This document shows positions 9,610-18,500 of a stretch of DNA of 24,000 nucleotides, in pieces. Where the stretch lies: assembly GCA_048465415.1 (NCBI GenBank), contig DBFWLO010000014.1:11514-35513 (forward strand), in the 5' to 3' direction. The notes beneath the pieces were generated by a model that had not been told where the DNA came from, did no database searches, and worked only from the letters and a program-made list of their open reading frames with translations. Origin of the DNA: Candidatus Scatosoma sp. Lineage in GTDB: Bacteria; Bacillota; Clostridia; Christensenellales; Borkfalkiaceae. Position numbers and translations under genes: made by a program. Position 1 is the first letter of the stretch, and the number at the start of each line of letters is the position of its first letter.

Positions 9610-9893
9610 ACAGTCGATAATTACAGAGCTTTTTATAATGGGCACAGACCACATACAAAAACAGATCCGCGAGCCGTAGGAAAAAGGAACAAAATTTCTT
9701 TAATACGCAACATTGTAAATAGGTCTTAATTGATACGAACCTTTGAAAGCCTTCTTCCCCTTTTAATTTTCATTGTAAATTTTTTAGTTTTACTGTTCAC
9801 ATAAACCCATATAGAAATCAATGGAAGTCTTTACTCATAAACGCCTATTGATGTCTGAACATTAAAGGTTCGAATTTCAATAGGTGTTTTAGT

Positions 9894-11180
9894 CTAATTT
9901 TTCAGGGCGGTAATGGGGATTACGAAAACACCGTCAGGTCTTACATACGCAGCATTGGACATACCGCATATCACACAAAGGATTGTAGGCGCTATACCAC
10001 CGTCCTTTACAATGTCCTCTCTTAATGCAATAAGCTCAGTTGCCGCTTTTTCTATTTGATTTGCTCCGAGCTTTATTTCAAAAGCACACCAGCTTCCATT
10101 TTCAAGCTCAATAACGGCATCGATTTCTTTATTGTTGTAATCTTGATAATGGAATACGTTCGCGCCGAATGATTCCGCATAAATTTTCAAATCGCGCTCC
10201 ACGAGTGCTTCAAATAAAAACCCGAAGGTTTCAAGGTCGCCGATCAAACGCTCAGGCGTAGCCTTTAACAATGCACACGCAAGTGCGGGATCGCAGAAAT
10301 GCCGCTTTTCAGCCTGCTTTACACGAACGGAAGAACGAATGTTGGCAGAGAAAGGCAACTGATTGTCGATCAGGAACAAGCGGTTGAACACGTCGAGATA
10401 CGTTGTAACGGTGTCGCCGTCAATCGTTTCATCGTCGATTTCTTTAATATCAGAAAGGAGCTTCTTTTTAGTTGCCGTCGTGCTTTCATTTCTCGCAAGA
10501 GAACGTAGCAATAAACGCATTTTGGCAACGTCGTATTTTTTATCGTCAATTCTTTGTGAATCATCGTCAAGAATTGCATCGAGATAAGATCGCGGTAAAA
10601 GAGATGCGTTTTCGATCGGAACATTCAGATTTCCGGGCCACCCTCCGCGCACCACGAAGTTCGCAAGATCACGCAAATTGACCTCAACCGTCAACATGGG
10701 CGTTATATTGCCGTTGCACAGTTCTTTGAGAGAAATGGCACCGCTTGAATCTCCCGACTCGTAAAGTGACATCGTCCGCATACGAAGTTTACCGATTCGA
10801 CCTGCGCCGCTATGCAAAACGCCTTTCCTCTTAGGTGTCGATGAACCCGTGAGAATAAATTGTCCTTTTTTTGCTCTTTGATCCACCGTATAACGCACAG
10901 CATCCCATATTGACGTTACCTCTTGCCACTCGTCAAGAAGTCTTGGCACTTCACCCTCAAGTACAAGTGCCGGCGATATTTCGGCCAAGGCTCTGTTTTG
11001 AAAATTATTTGCGGGATCTCCTATTAAAAATTCGCTGTTGCTATGGTACGAAGAAGTCCAAGTCTTGCCACACCACTTTGGTCCTTCAATACACACAGCA
11101 CCAAAGGTGGCAAGATATTTTTTTACCATATCGTCAACGATTCTCGGTTTATATTGAGATTTATCCGCTATTTTTTTCAT
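9894..11180 (-). CDS. AAA+ ATPase with a DUF4143-type C-terminal region (AAA_14/DUF4143, COG1373-like), copy 1
   Basis: Walker A EGPKWCGKTW, Walker B RLLDEWQ, ILTGSS sensor and GAGRIG. C-terminal FEALVERDL...EIDAVIELENGSWCAFEIKLG gives a D...ExK restriction-endonuclease-like motif. The start is set at the ATG at 11180 (MKKIADKS), which has an AGGAG RBS. The upstream ATG at 11222 overlaps the predicted -10 box. Confidence 0.85.
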   Translation of the reverse strand: MKKIADKSQYKPRIVDDMVKKYLATFGAVCIEGPKWCGKTWTSSYHSNSEFLIGDPANNFQNRALAEISPALVLEGEVPRLLDEWQEVTSIWDAVRYTVDQRAKKGQFILTGSSTPKRKGVLHSGAGRIGKLRMRTMSLYESGDSSGAISLKELCNGNITPMLTVEVNLRDLANFVVRGGWPGNLNVPIENASLLPRSYLDAILDDDSQRIDDKKYDVAKMRLLLRSLARNESTTATKKKLLSDIKEIDDETIDGDTVTTYLDVFNRLFLIDNQLPFSANIRSSVRVKQAEKRHFCDPALACALLKATPERLIGDLETFGFLFEALVERDLKIYAESFGANVFHYQDYNNKEIDAVIELENGSWCAFEIKLGANQIEKAATELIALREDIVKDGGIAPTILCVICGMSNAAYVRPDGVFVIPITALKN

Positions 11181-11210
11181 AACCGATCTCCTATTGTTAT
11201 TTACATCATT

Positions 11211-11239
11211 ATTATACCACATTACTTTTGATTTTACAA
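11211..11239 (-). promoter_or_regulatory. Sigma70-type promoter for ATPase copy 1
   Basis: The minus strand reads TTGTAA (11239-11234), a 17-nt spacer, then TGG-TATAAT (11216-11211), an extended -10. It is about 30 nt upstream of the ATG at 11180. Confidence 0.55.
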
Positions 11240-11240
11240 C

Positions 11241-11309
11241 TCTATTCGGTCTAATTTTGAAATTTTATTCGGTAAAATTTATTATTTTCTTTCGGCGTAA
11301 TTTTTTATT
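11241..11309. repeat. Three tandem 23-bp iterons with core TTCGG-N3-AATTT
   Basis: TTCGG occurs at 11245, 11268 and 11291, an exact 23-bp phasing. The units are tctaTTCGGtctAATTTTgaaat, tttaTTCGGtaaAATTTattatt and ttctTTCGGcgtAATTTTttatt. The array begins 6 nt upstream of the -35 box of the minus-strand promoter. Confidence 0.6.
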
Positions 11310-11424
11310 ATTCGTGCATCAATCTTATTTCCATCAAGCCTTCTTTCAAAACGCAAAAACGGTTACGCAGTAGACAAAGAAAAGCGATTTTCAAAAAAAT
11401 TTCTCTTTAAACAACGAAAAAATC

Positions 11425-11461
11425 TTCGGCCAATTTATTAAAATTTCATAAATTGGCCGAA
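11425..11461. promoter_or_regulatory. Perfect 14-bp inverted repeat carrying the same TTCGG..AATTT motif; candidate operator
   Basis: TTCGGCCAATTTAT-taaaatttc-ATAAATTGGCCGAA. It ends 7 nt upstream of the -35 box at 11469. On the minus strand it is followed by gaTTTTTT, so it could also act as a terminator or insulator. Confidence 0.5.
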
Positions 11462-11468
11462 TAAAGTC

Positions 11469-11497
11469 TTGACAAACGGATAAAATCAGAGTATAAT
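11469..11497 (+). promoter_or_regulatory. Consensus sigma70 promoter for the ATPase copy 2 / hsdMSR operon
   Basis: TTGACA (11469-11474), a 17-nt spacer, then TATAAT (11492-11497). Both hexamers are perfect. It is about 43 nt upstream of the ATG at 11540. Confidence 0.65.
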
Positions 11498-11539
11498 ACT
11501 TTTAGTATTAAAATGCCATAGGTATACATGGAGGAATTT

Positions 11540-12769
11540 ATGAATTATATCTACCGCCATATGGAAAATAGAATTTTAGAGCTGTCACAGTCGTATTCCG
11601 CCATACTTTTGACTGGTCCGCGCCAAGCAGGTAAGACGACCATGCTCCGTTCCCTTGCAGAAAAGGAAAACAAGGGGCGTGAGTATGTGTCTCTTGACGA
11701 CCTTGTTACGCGCGATATGGCAAAGAACGATCCTGCGCTATTTTTACAAATGCATAAGCCCCCTGTATTAATCGACGAGGTTCAGTATGCGCCAGAGTTG
11801 TTTACGTATATTAAAATGCATATTGACGAAAATCATAATCCTGGCGATTTCTGGATGACAGGTTCGCAAATCTTTCGCTTGATGAAAGGCGTACAGGAAT
11901 CGCTTGCAGGACGCGTAGCGCTTTTGCATATGTCGCCTATGTCGCAGCGTGAGATTATCGGTGCGGAATGCATTCCATTCTCAACGAAGATGGAAACGCT
12001 TCTTGACGAAAGCAAAAAGATTGCGCCCGTGGATACGCCTACGCTATTTGAACGCATCTGGCGTGGTTCGATGCCTGGTATCGTATCAGGACTTTATCGC
12101 GACCGCAATATGTACTACTCGTCCTATATCTCTACGTATGTGGAACGCGACGTACGTGATATTTCGGGAACGGTAGACGCGCTTAAATTCAATCGCTTTA
12201 TTACGGCGGTCGCGGCGAGAACTTCGCAACTACTCAATTATAAAGCAATCGCAGACGATGCCGATATCGATATGGCTACGGCAAAAGCGTGGATAGCTAT
12301 TCTCGAAACGCTCGGCATCATCTTCCTTCTGCACCCGTATTCAAATAACGTGCTTAAACGCACGATTAAAACGCCGAAAGTTTATTTTTATGATACAGGA
12401 CTTGTGTGCTATCTCACGAAATGGTCAAGTCCCGAAGTTGCAGAAAGCGGCGCAATGAGCGGCGCACTTCTTGAAAATTTCACGATATCTGAAATTATGA
12501 AGGGATATCAAAACGCAGGGCTTGAACCGTATCTGTACTTTTACCGTGATAAAGACGCCAAAGAAATCGACGTTATCATGGAAGGAAACGGCAAACTCTG
12601 TCCTTTGGAAATTAAGAAAACCGCAACGCCCGACAAGCGCATCATCCGCACTTTTGGTGTGATTGACCGCGCACCATTGCAGGTTGGAACAGGCGCTGTT
12701 TTGTGTATGGCGGAACAGTTCGGCGCATTCGATAGGGATAACCTCATCATACCGATTTGGATGATATAA
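11540..12769 (+). CDS. AAA+ ATPase with a DUF4143-type C-terminal region (AAA_14/DUF4143, COG1373-like), copy 2; restriction-linked
   Basis: Walker A TGPRQAGKTT, Walker B VLIDEVQ, WMTGSQ and LAGRVALL. C-terminal LLENFTISEI...EIDVIMEGNGKLCPLEIKKT gives a D...ExK motif. The ATG at 11540 has a GGAGG RBS 5 nt upstream. The stop is only 12 nt before the hsdM ATG. Confidence 0.85.
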   Translation: MNYIYRHMENRILELSQSYSAILLTGPRQAGKTTMLRSLAEKENKGREYVSLDDLVTRDMAKNDPALFLQMHKPPVLIDEVQYAPELFTYIKMHIDENHNPGDFWMTGSQIFRLMKGVQESLAGRVALLHMSPMSQREIIGAECIPFSTKMETLLDESKKIAPVDTPTLFERIWRGSMPGIVSGLYRDRNMYYSSYISTYVERDVRDISGTVDALKFNRFITAVAARTSQLLNYKAIADDADIDMATAKAWIAILETLGIIFLLHPYSNNVLKRTIKTPKVYFYDTGLVCYLTKWSSPEVAESGAMSGALLENFTISEIMKGYQNAGLEPYLYFYRDKDAKEIDVIMEGNGKLCPLEIKKTATPDKRIIRTFGVIDRAPLQVGTGAVLCMAEQFGAFDRDNLIIPIWMI

Positions 12770-12781
12770 TGGAGAAGAAAA

Positions 12782-14386
12782 ATGGCTAAAAAGACTACTG
12801 AAGAAAAAATAAACTTGGATTCTATACTGTTTAAGTGCCGCGATATATTGCGTAAAGCAAGAAATTCGGGGTCGTTCTTTGAAAAACGCGATATGATGTT
12901 GACGCTCGTATTTTTGCGTTTCATTGGTGAAAAATTTGAAGACGGGCTTAAAAAACTCCGTCAAGACCTTATCGAACAAGGACTTGACCCCGATGATGAA
13001 GATATTATTGCCGCATTCTTCGACGACGCAACCTTCACGGACGGCACGTACAACCTGCCCTTAGAGGCCCGTTGGTCTACCATCATCAATACCCCTGCGC
13101 CGAAACTCAACGTCGCACTCGATACCGCACTTCATAGCATTGCCGCAAGTAGTACGCAGTTGAAGGGCTGTTTTGTGGAAGGCACGTTCACTGCGCGCAA
13201 CCTTGCCCCCAACGACATCAAACAAGTCGTGGACGAAGTAAACAAAATCAGCCATAAAGTGTTTGGTAAAGAAAAAGATTTAATCGGTCGCGTATATGAA
13301 TATTTCTTGAAAGAGTTCGCCGTAAACGCAACCAAAGAAGAAGGCGAATTCTACACTCCGCATGACGCAGTTCAGCTTATTGCTACAATCATAGAACCGT
13401 TTGACGGCACATTGTATGACCCTTGTTGCGGTTCGGGAGGTATGTTTGTTCAAAGTACCGATCTTATTAGAGAAAAACACGGCGACATTAGCCGTATCAA
13501 CGTTTACGGACAAGAAAAAGAAGCAGCAACCTATCGCCTGGCAAAAATGAACCTTGCGCTTCGCGGCATCAGCCATAACCTTGGCGAAACGAGCGATTCT
13601 ACCTTTACGCACGATTTGCATAAAGGTTTATACTTTAACTACATTATGGCAAACCCGCCCTTTAACCTTAAAGGCTGGTACGACGATAATTTGAAAAACG
13701 ATTCCCGTTGGGCGGACTATACCACGCCTCCTGAAAGTAACGCAAATTATGCATGGATTTTGCATATGCTTTCGCATTTAAAACCCCTTGACGGCGTTGC
13801 TGGTTTCTTGCTCGCTAACGGTGCATTAGGTGATAGTGATACACTGGAAATTCGTAAAAAGCTGATACAAAATAATAAAGTCGAAGCCATCATTATCCTT
13901 CCGCGAGAACTTTTTATTACCACGGATATCAGCGTTACCCTTTGGATTTTGAACCAAAATAAAAAAGGCGGCACATATCACGGAAGAAAACTTCGTAACC
14001 GTGAACACGAAATTTTGTTTATGGACTTACGTACTTGGACGGAAAATCACGTTTCGGGCGAAAACAAAAAGAAAGTGCGTTTAGACGATACGCAAATTCA
14101 ACGTGCTGCCGATATATACCACACTTGGCAAAGCGAAGGAACCGATGGCAAGAATTATGCCGTACCCGAACTTTACCGCAGCGTAAGTATGGACGAAATT
14201 GATAAAAAAGGCTGGACGCTTGTACCCAGCAAGTATATCGAGTTTATCGACCACGATTTGGATATTGACTTCCCTATGGAAATGGCGCGTATTCAAAGCG
14301 AAATGAAAGAAATCATCAAACAAGAAAAACAATCGCAAAAAATGTTGGAAGATGCTTTTAGGGGTATTGGCTATGGCATTGACTAA
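12782..14386 (+). CDS. hsdM: Type I restriction-modification system, N6-adenine DNA methyltransferase subunit M
   Basis: 534 aa. HsdM N-terminal region, AdoMet motif LYDPCCGSGGMF and catalytic motif IMANPPFN. GGAGA RBS. Followed by hsdS and hsdR. Confidence 0.95.
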   Translation: MAKKTTEEKINLDSILFKCRDILRKARNSGSFFEKRDMMLTLVFLRFIGEKFEDGLKKLRQDLIEQGLDPDDEDIIAAFFDDATFTDGTYNLPLEARWSTIINTPAPKLNVALDTALHSIAASSTQLKGCFVEGTFTARNLAPNDIKQVVDEVNKISHKVFGKEKDLIGRVYEYFLKEFAVNATKEEGEFYTPHDAVQLIATIIEPFDGTLYDPCCGSGGMFVQSTDLIREKHGDISRINVYGQEKEAATYRLAKMNLALRGISHNLGETSDSTFTHDLHKGLYFNYIMANPPFNLKGWYDDNLKNDSRWADYTTPPESNANYAWILHMLSHLKPLDGVAGFLLANGALGDSDTLEIRKKLIQNNKVEAIIILPRELFITTDISVTLWILNQNKKGGTYHGRKLRNREHEILFMDLRTWTENHVSGENKKKVRLDDTQIQRAADIYHTWQSEGTDGKNYAVPELYRSVSMDEIDKKGWTLVPSKYIEFIDHDLDIDFPMEMARIQSEMKEIIKQEKQSQKMLEDAFRGIGYGID

Positions 14387-15497
14387 ATACAAATTAGGCG
14401 ATTTAATAGAGTCTTGCGACGTACGAAATTACGAAGACGCTTATACTCTTGACGATGTTAGGGGGATTTCAACGAACAAGGAATTTATTGAAACAAAAGC
14501 AGATATGGACGGGGTAAGTTTGTCCTCCTATAAAGTGGTCGATAAAGGTGAATTTTCTTATGTTTCAGATACTTCAAGACGAGGCGAAAAAATAGCTCTC
14601 ACTTTCAACAAAAGCGAACAGGCATACTTGATATCGTCCATATATACAGTTTTTCGGGTGACGAGAAAAGAGTTGATACATCCCGACTATCTGTTTATGT
14701 ATTTCAATCGTCCAGAGTTTGATCGATATGCTCGCTTTAATTCTTGGGGCTCAGCAAGAGAAGTATTCAGTTGGGAGGACTTGTGCGATATAAATATCGA
14801 ACTTCCCGACTTGCCTACGCAACAAAAATACGTGGATATTTACAAAGCAATGGTGGCAAATCAGCAAAGCTACGAGCGCGGCTTGGAAGACTTGAAACTC
14901 GTTTGCGACGGCTATATTGAAGACCTGCGTCGTAAAATGCCTTGTGAAAAAATCGGTCAATATCTCATTGAAAGCGACCAAAAAAACGATATCGGACTTA
15001 TTCTTGAAGCCGTCAGAGGATTATCTACGAATAAAGCGATGATACCAACCAAAGCCGATATGAACGGAGTTGGGCTTGATGGATATAAGGTAGTAAATCC
15101 CCGACAAATCGCTTATGTTCCCGATACTTCAAGACGAGGCGAAAAGGTTTCGCTTGGTTTTAACAATACAACGGAGCAGTTTTTAGTGTCTTCTATCTAT
15201 ACTGTTTTTGGAACAAACCCCGAGGTCTTGATTCCCGAATACTTGATGTTATTCTTCACGAGAGCAGAGTTCGATCGCTATGCACGCTTCAACTCGTGGG
15301 GTTCGGCACGCGAAACGTTTGAATGGAGCGAAATGCGTAATGTTCAAATACCTATTCCCGACATTCCAATACAGCAAGCAATAGTCGATGTTTACAACGC
15401 GTATATTACACGTAAAGAAATAAACGAGCGATTGAAAGCACAAATCAAGGATATTTGCCCCATCTTAATCAAAGGCTCATTAGAAGAAGGAAAATAA
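14373..15497 (+). CDS. hsdS: Type I restriction-modification system, specificity subunit S
   Basis: Two target-recognition-domain halves, each followed by a conserved helical region (..FDRYARFNSWGSARE..). The ATG at 14373 (MALTKYKLGDL) overlaps the hsdM stop by 14 nt. The ATG at 14352 is an alternative start. Confidence 0.9.
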   Translation: MALTKYKLGDLIESCDVRNYEDAYTLDDVRGISTNKEFIETKADMDGVSLSSYKVVDKGEFSYVSDTSRRGEKIALTFNKSEQAYLISSIYTVFRVTRKELIHPDYLFMYFNRPEFDRYARFNSWGSAREVFSWEDLCDINIELPDLPTQQKYVDIYKAMVANQQSYERGLEDLKLVCDGYIEDLRRKMPCEKIGQYLIESDQKNDIGLILEAVRGLSTNKAMIPTKADMNGVGLDGYKVVNPRQIAYVPDTSRRGEKVSLGFNNTTEQFLVSSIYTVFGTNPEVLIPEYLMLFFTRAEFDRYARFNSWGSARETFEWSEMRNVQIPIPDIPIQQAIVDVYNAYITRKEINERLKAQIKDICPILIKGSLEEGK

Positions 15498-15555
15498 ATT
15501 ATGACAGATTACGAAAAATTAAAGAGTAGTATCATCAATACATAGGAGAAACACT

Positions 15556-18500
15556 ATGGCAAAATTACACAATTTTAACGGGCGTTATTGCGAATCTGAA
15601 TACGAAAACGCTTTCCTTTCCTTTTTAGAACAAGAAGGCTGGGCATATCTTGCAGGAAACAACATTCCGCGCACAACAAAACGCGATGCGATTTATACTG
15701 ACGATTTGGAACAGTTTTTAAGCAAAACGAACGTCGATTTAACCGTAGACGAAATACGGCAGATTATAGACACCGTCCGCCTTGTGGGTTCGGAAAGCGA
15801 GTTTTCCACCTTACATAAGGTTTACGGTTGGATGGTCAACGGCATTCAATTTACGTCGCAATCGGGGCTTGCTAAAATGGTTGCTCTGATTGATTTTGAA
15901 AATTTCGAAAATAATATTTTCCGTGCGGTCAACCAATTCACTGTGGAATATACACACAATGGACTAGTTGAAACGCGCCGTCCTGATATAATTTTGTTTG
16001 TCAACGGCATGCCTTTATGTCTAATCGAGTTGAAAAATCCGGCAGATGCAAACGCAACTATTTACACCGCTTGGGAGCAAATTTACAATCGCTATTGGCG
16101 CGACATTCCACACCTTTTACATTTCAGTCCTTTGGCGTGCATTTCCGACGGTGTTAAAACGCGTCTTGGAACGGTTCGTACGCCTTATGAACATTTCTAT
16201 GCTTGGCGTCGTATCAATGACGGAGATAAAGTTTCTACTCTTCCTTTTGAAGAAACGCAAGCTATGATTAAGGGTGTTTACAGCCCTGAAAGATTCCTGG
16301 AAATCTTCCGTGACTACATATATTTCCAAGACAGCGAATATGACAGTGATGAACGCGAAATCGTTTGCCGTTATCCGCAGTTTTTTGCCGCACGTTTATT
16401 GAAAAACAGTATTATAAAATCTGTTATAGAAAAAAGCGGTAAAGGCGGTACGTATTTTGGTGCAACAGGTTGCGGTAAAACGTACGCTATGGCGTTCCTT
16501 GCCCGTCAACTTGCTTTGCGTTGTACGGACGTGCCTGAAATCGGTTCTCCCACTATTGTTTTAATCGTTGATCGTGACGATTTGCAAAAACAAGGCGCAA
16601 AACTATTTACCAAAAGTAAAGAATTCTTAAATCTTGGCGAAGTTAAAATTGTTCCTACACGTAAAGTATTGCGTGAAGAACTCGGCGCACGTGAAAGCGG
16701 CGGTTTTTATATCTGTACTATTCAAAAATTCTGTGACCGTGAAGATGATAAAATCGGTCTTATTAACGACCGTGCGAATATTATTTGCTTCTCTGACGAA
16801 GCGCATAGAACGCAGCTTGAGCATGCAAAGAAAATTAAGTTCAGCAAGGATACTGATGAGAATATGAGAGCTATGATTTCTAAACCGTATGCGAAAGTAT
16901 TAAAAGAAGCTCTTCCCAAGGCTACGTTCGTTGGGTTTACCGGTACGCCTATTTCTGAAACGTATCAGACTTTCGGTGATGAAATTGACCGTTACACAAT
17001 GGACCAAGCGGTTGCCGACGGACTTACGGTTTCTATCAAATATCATCCCCGTATCACAAAAGTATTGCTTGACCAAGAAAAAGTCAAACAAATTGAAGCG
17101 TATTACAAGAAATGTGCCGATGATGGTGCAACTGAAGGAGATATTGAAGCAAGCAAAAAGGCTATGAGTTCAATGGAAGTAATCCTTGGCGAGCCTTCAC
17201 GTTTAGAACGTCTTGCGGTGGATATTCACAACCACTACGTTTCGTCTTGCGCAAACACCCCTACAAGAGTACAAAAAGCAATGATTGTTTGTTCCAGCAG
17301 AACGATTGCTTACCAACTCTTGAAGGAATTCGAAAAGAAGTATCACGAATGGTTTGAAGAAAAGAAAACGCCCGACGGTATGGACGCAACCGATGAAGAA
17401 TTGCGTGAATTGAAACCTATGCCATGCATCGCCATGGTTGCAAGCGTCGGCAGTAATGACGATTCTGAAATGTATAACTATTTAGGCGGTGTTAAAAATA
17501 GCAAGCGTTCAGATGATATGGCTGCGGCGTTCAAGCAAGATAAATCAAACTTCCGTATTGTTATCGTCGTCGATATGTGGATAACGGGTTTTGACGTACC
17601 TTCGCTGACATATATGTACAATGATAAACCTCTTAAAAAACACATGCTTATACAAACAATTAGCCGTGTTAATAGAAAATTTGAAGGAAAAGACTATGGC
17701 TTAATCGTGGACTATATCGGTATTCGTGATAATATGCGTGAAGCGATAAAAATCTACGGGGGTGATGTGTCTGTTGCTCCTTCTTCTGACGATGTGGAAC
17801 AGGCTACCGCTATTTTTAGAGAAGAACTTGAAATCCTTAAAGACCTTTTCAACGGCTATGATTTAGCTCCGTTCCTTGACCCAAGCGGTGATCCTACTTT
17901 AAGATATACGCTGTTAGCAAAAGCAGCCGAATACGTGTTTATTTCCACACAGGAACTGCAAACACAAACTGACGGCGGTAAAGGCGTTAAAAAGGTATCC
18001 TTTAAGACTTACTTTTTGAAAACCGTTAAACGTATGCGCACGGCTTACGACATTTGCCAACCTTCCGGAGAACTTGGTGAAGAAGAATCCGCACTCGCAC
18101 AATGCTTTATGGCTATAGCTGGTTTTGTTCGCAAGATGAGCGGTACTAGCGATGTGGATACGGAAACTATGAATCGCCATGTAGCTCAAATGGTTGAAGA
18201 AGCCCTGAAATACAATAAAGTTGAAAGCATTCTTGAAGACGGCGAGCAAGAAGATATTTTCAGTCCCGAATACTTTGAAAGATTGATTGACGTTAAGATG
18301 CCTGCCTCCAAGTTAGAATTGCTCATAAAAATGCTTCGTAAGCAAATCAAGGAATACGGTAAAACCAACCAAATGGCGGCGAAAAAGTTCCAAGAAATGC
18401 TTGAAGAAACGATTAAGTTATACCACGAAAGAAGAAAAACGCTCTCTGCCGAAGAATCAGATGAAGCACAAGAATATACGTCGGAAGAGATTATTCGTAG

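Noticed and set aside
9394-9729. 111-aa ORF with a FYNGHRPH transposase-like motif
   Set aside because: It has a TTG start without an RBS, and most of the translation is low-complexity. Only an 8-residue resemblance to rve-family C-termini exists. I treat it at most as a possible relic, noted under the findings, not as a CDS.
10299-11231. Alternative-frame and antisense ORFs within ATPase copy 1, and the N-terminal extension 11181-11222
   Set aside because: The overlapping ORFs lack motifs. The extension MWYNNDVNNNRRSV would place the predicted -10 box inside the coding region, whereas the ATG at 11180 has an AGGAG RBS.
11833-14392. Minus-strand ORFs (up to 184 aa at 12425..12979) and alternative-frame plus-strand ORFs overlapping ATPase copy 2 and hsdM
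   Set aside because: They are antisense or out of frame to genes with clear Walker and NPPF motifs. The 184-aa ORF spans the ATPase/hsdM junction and has no family resemblance.
15501-15545. 14-codon ORF (MTDYEKLKSSIINT) between hsdS and hsdR
   Set aside because: It is too short to support and has no RBS. The gap is more simply an intercistronic spacer carrying the hsdR RBS (AGGAGA).
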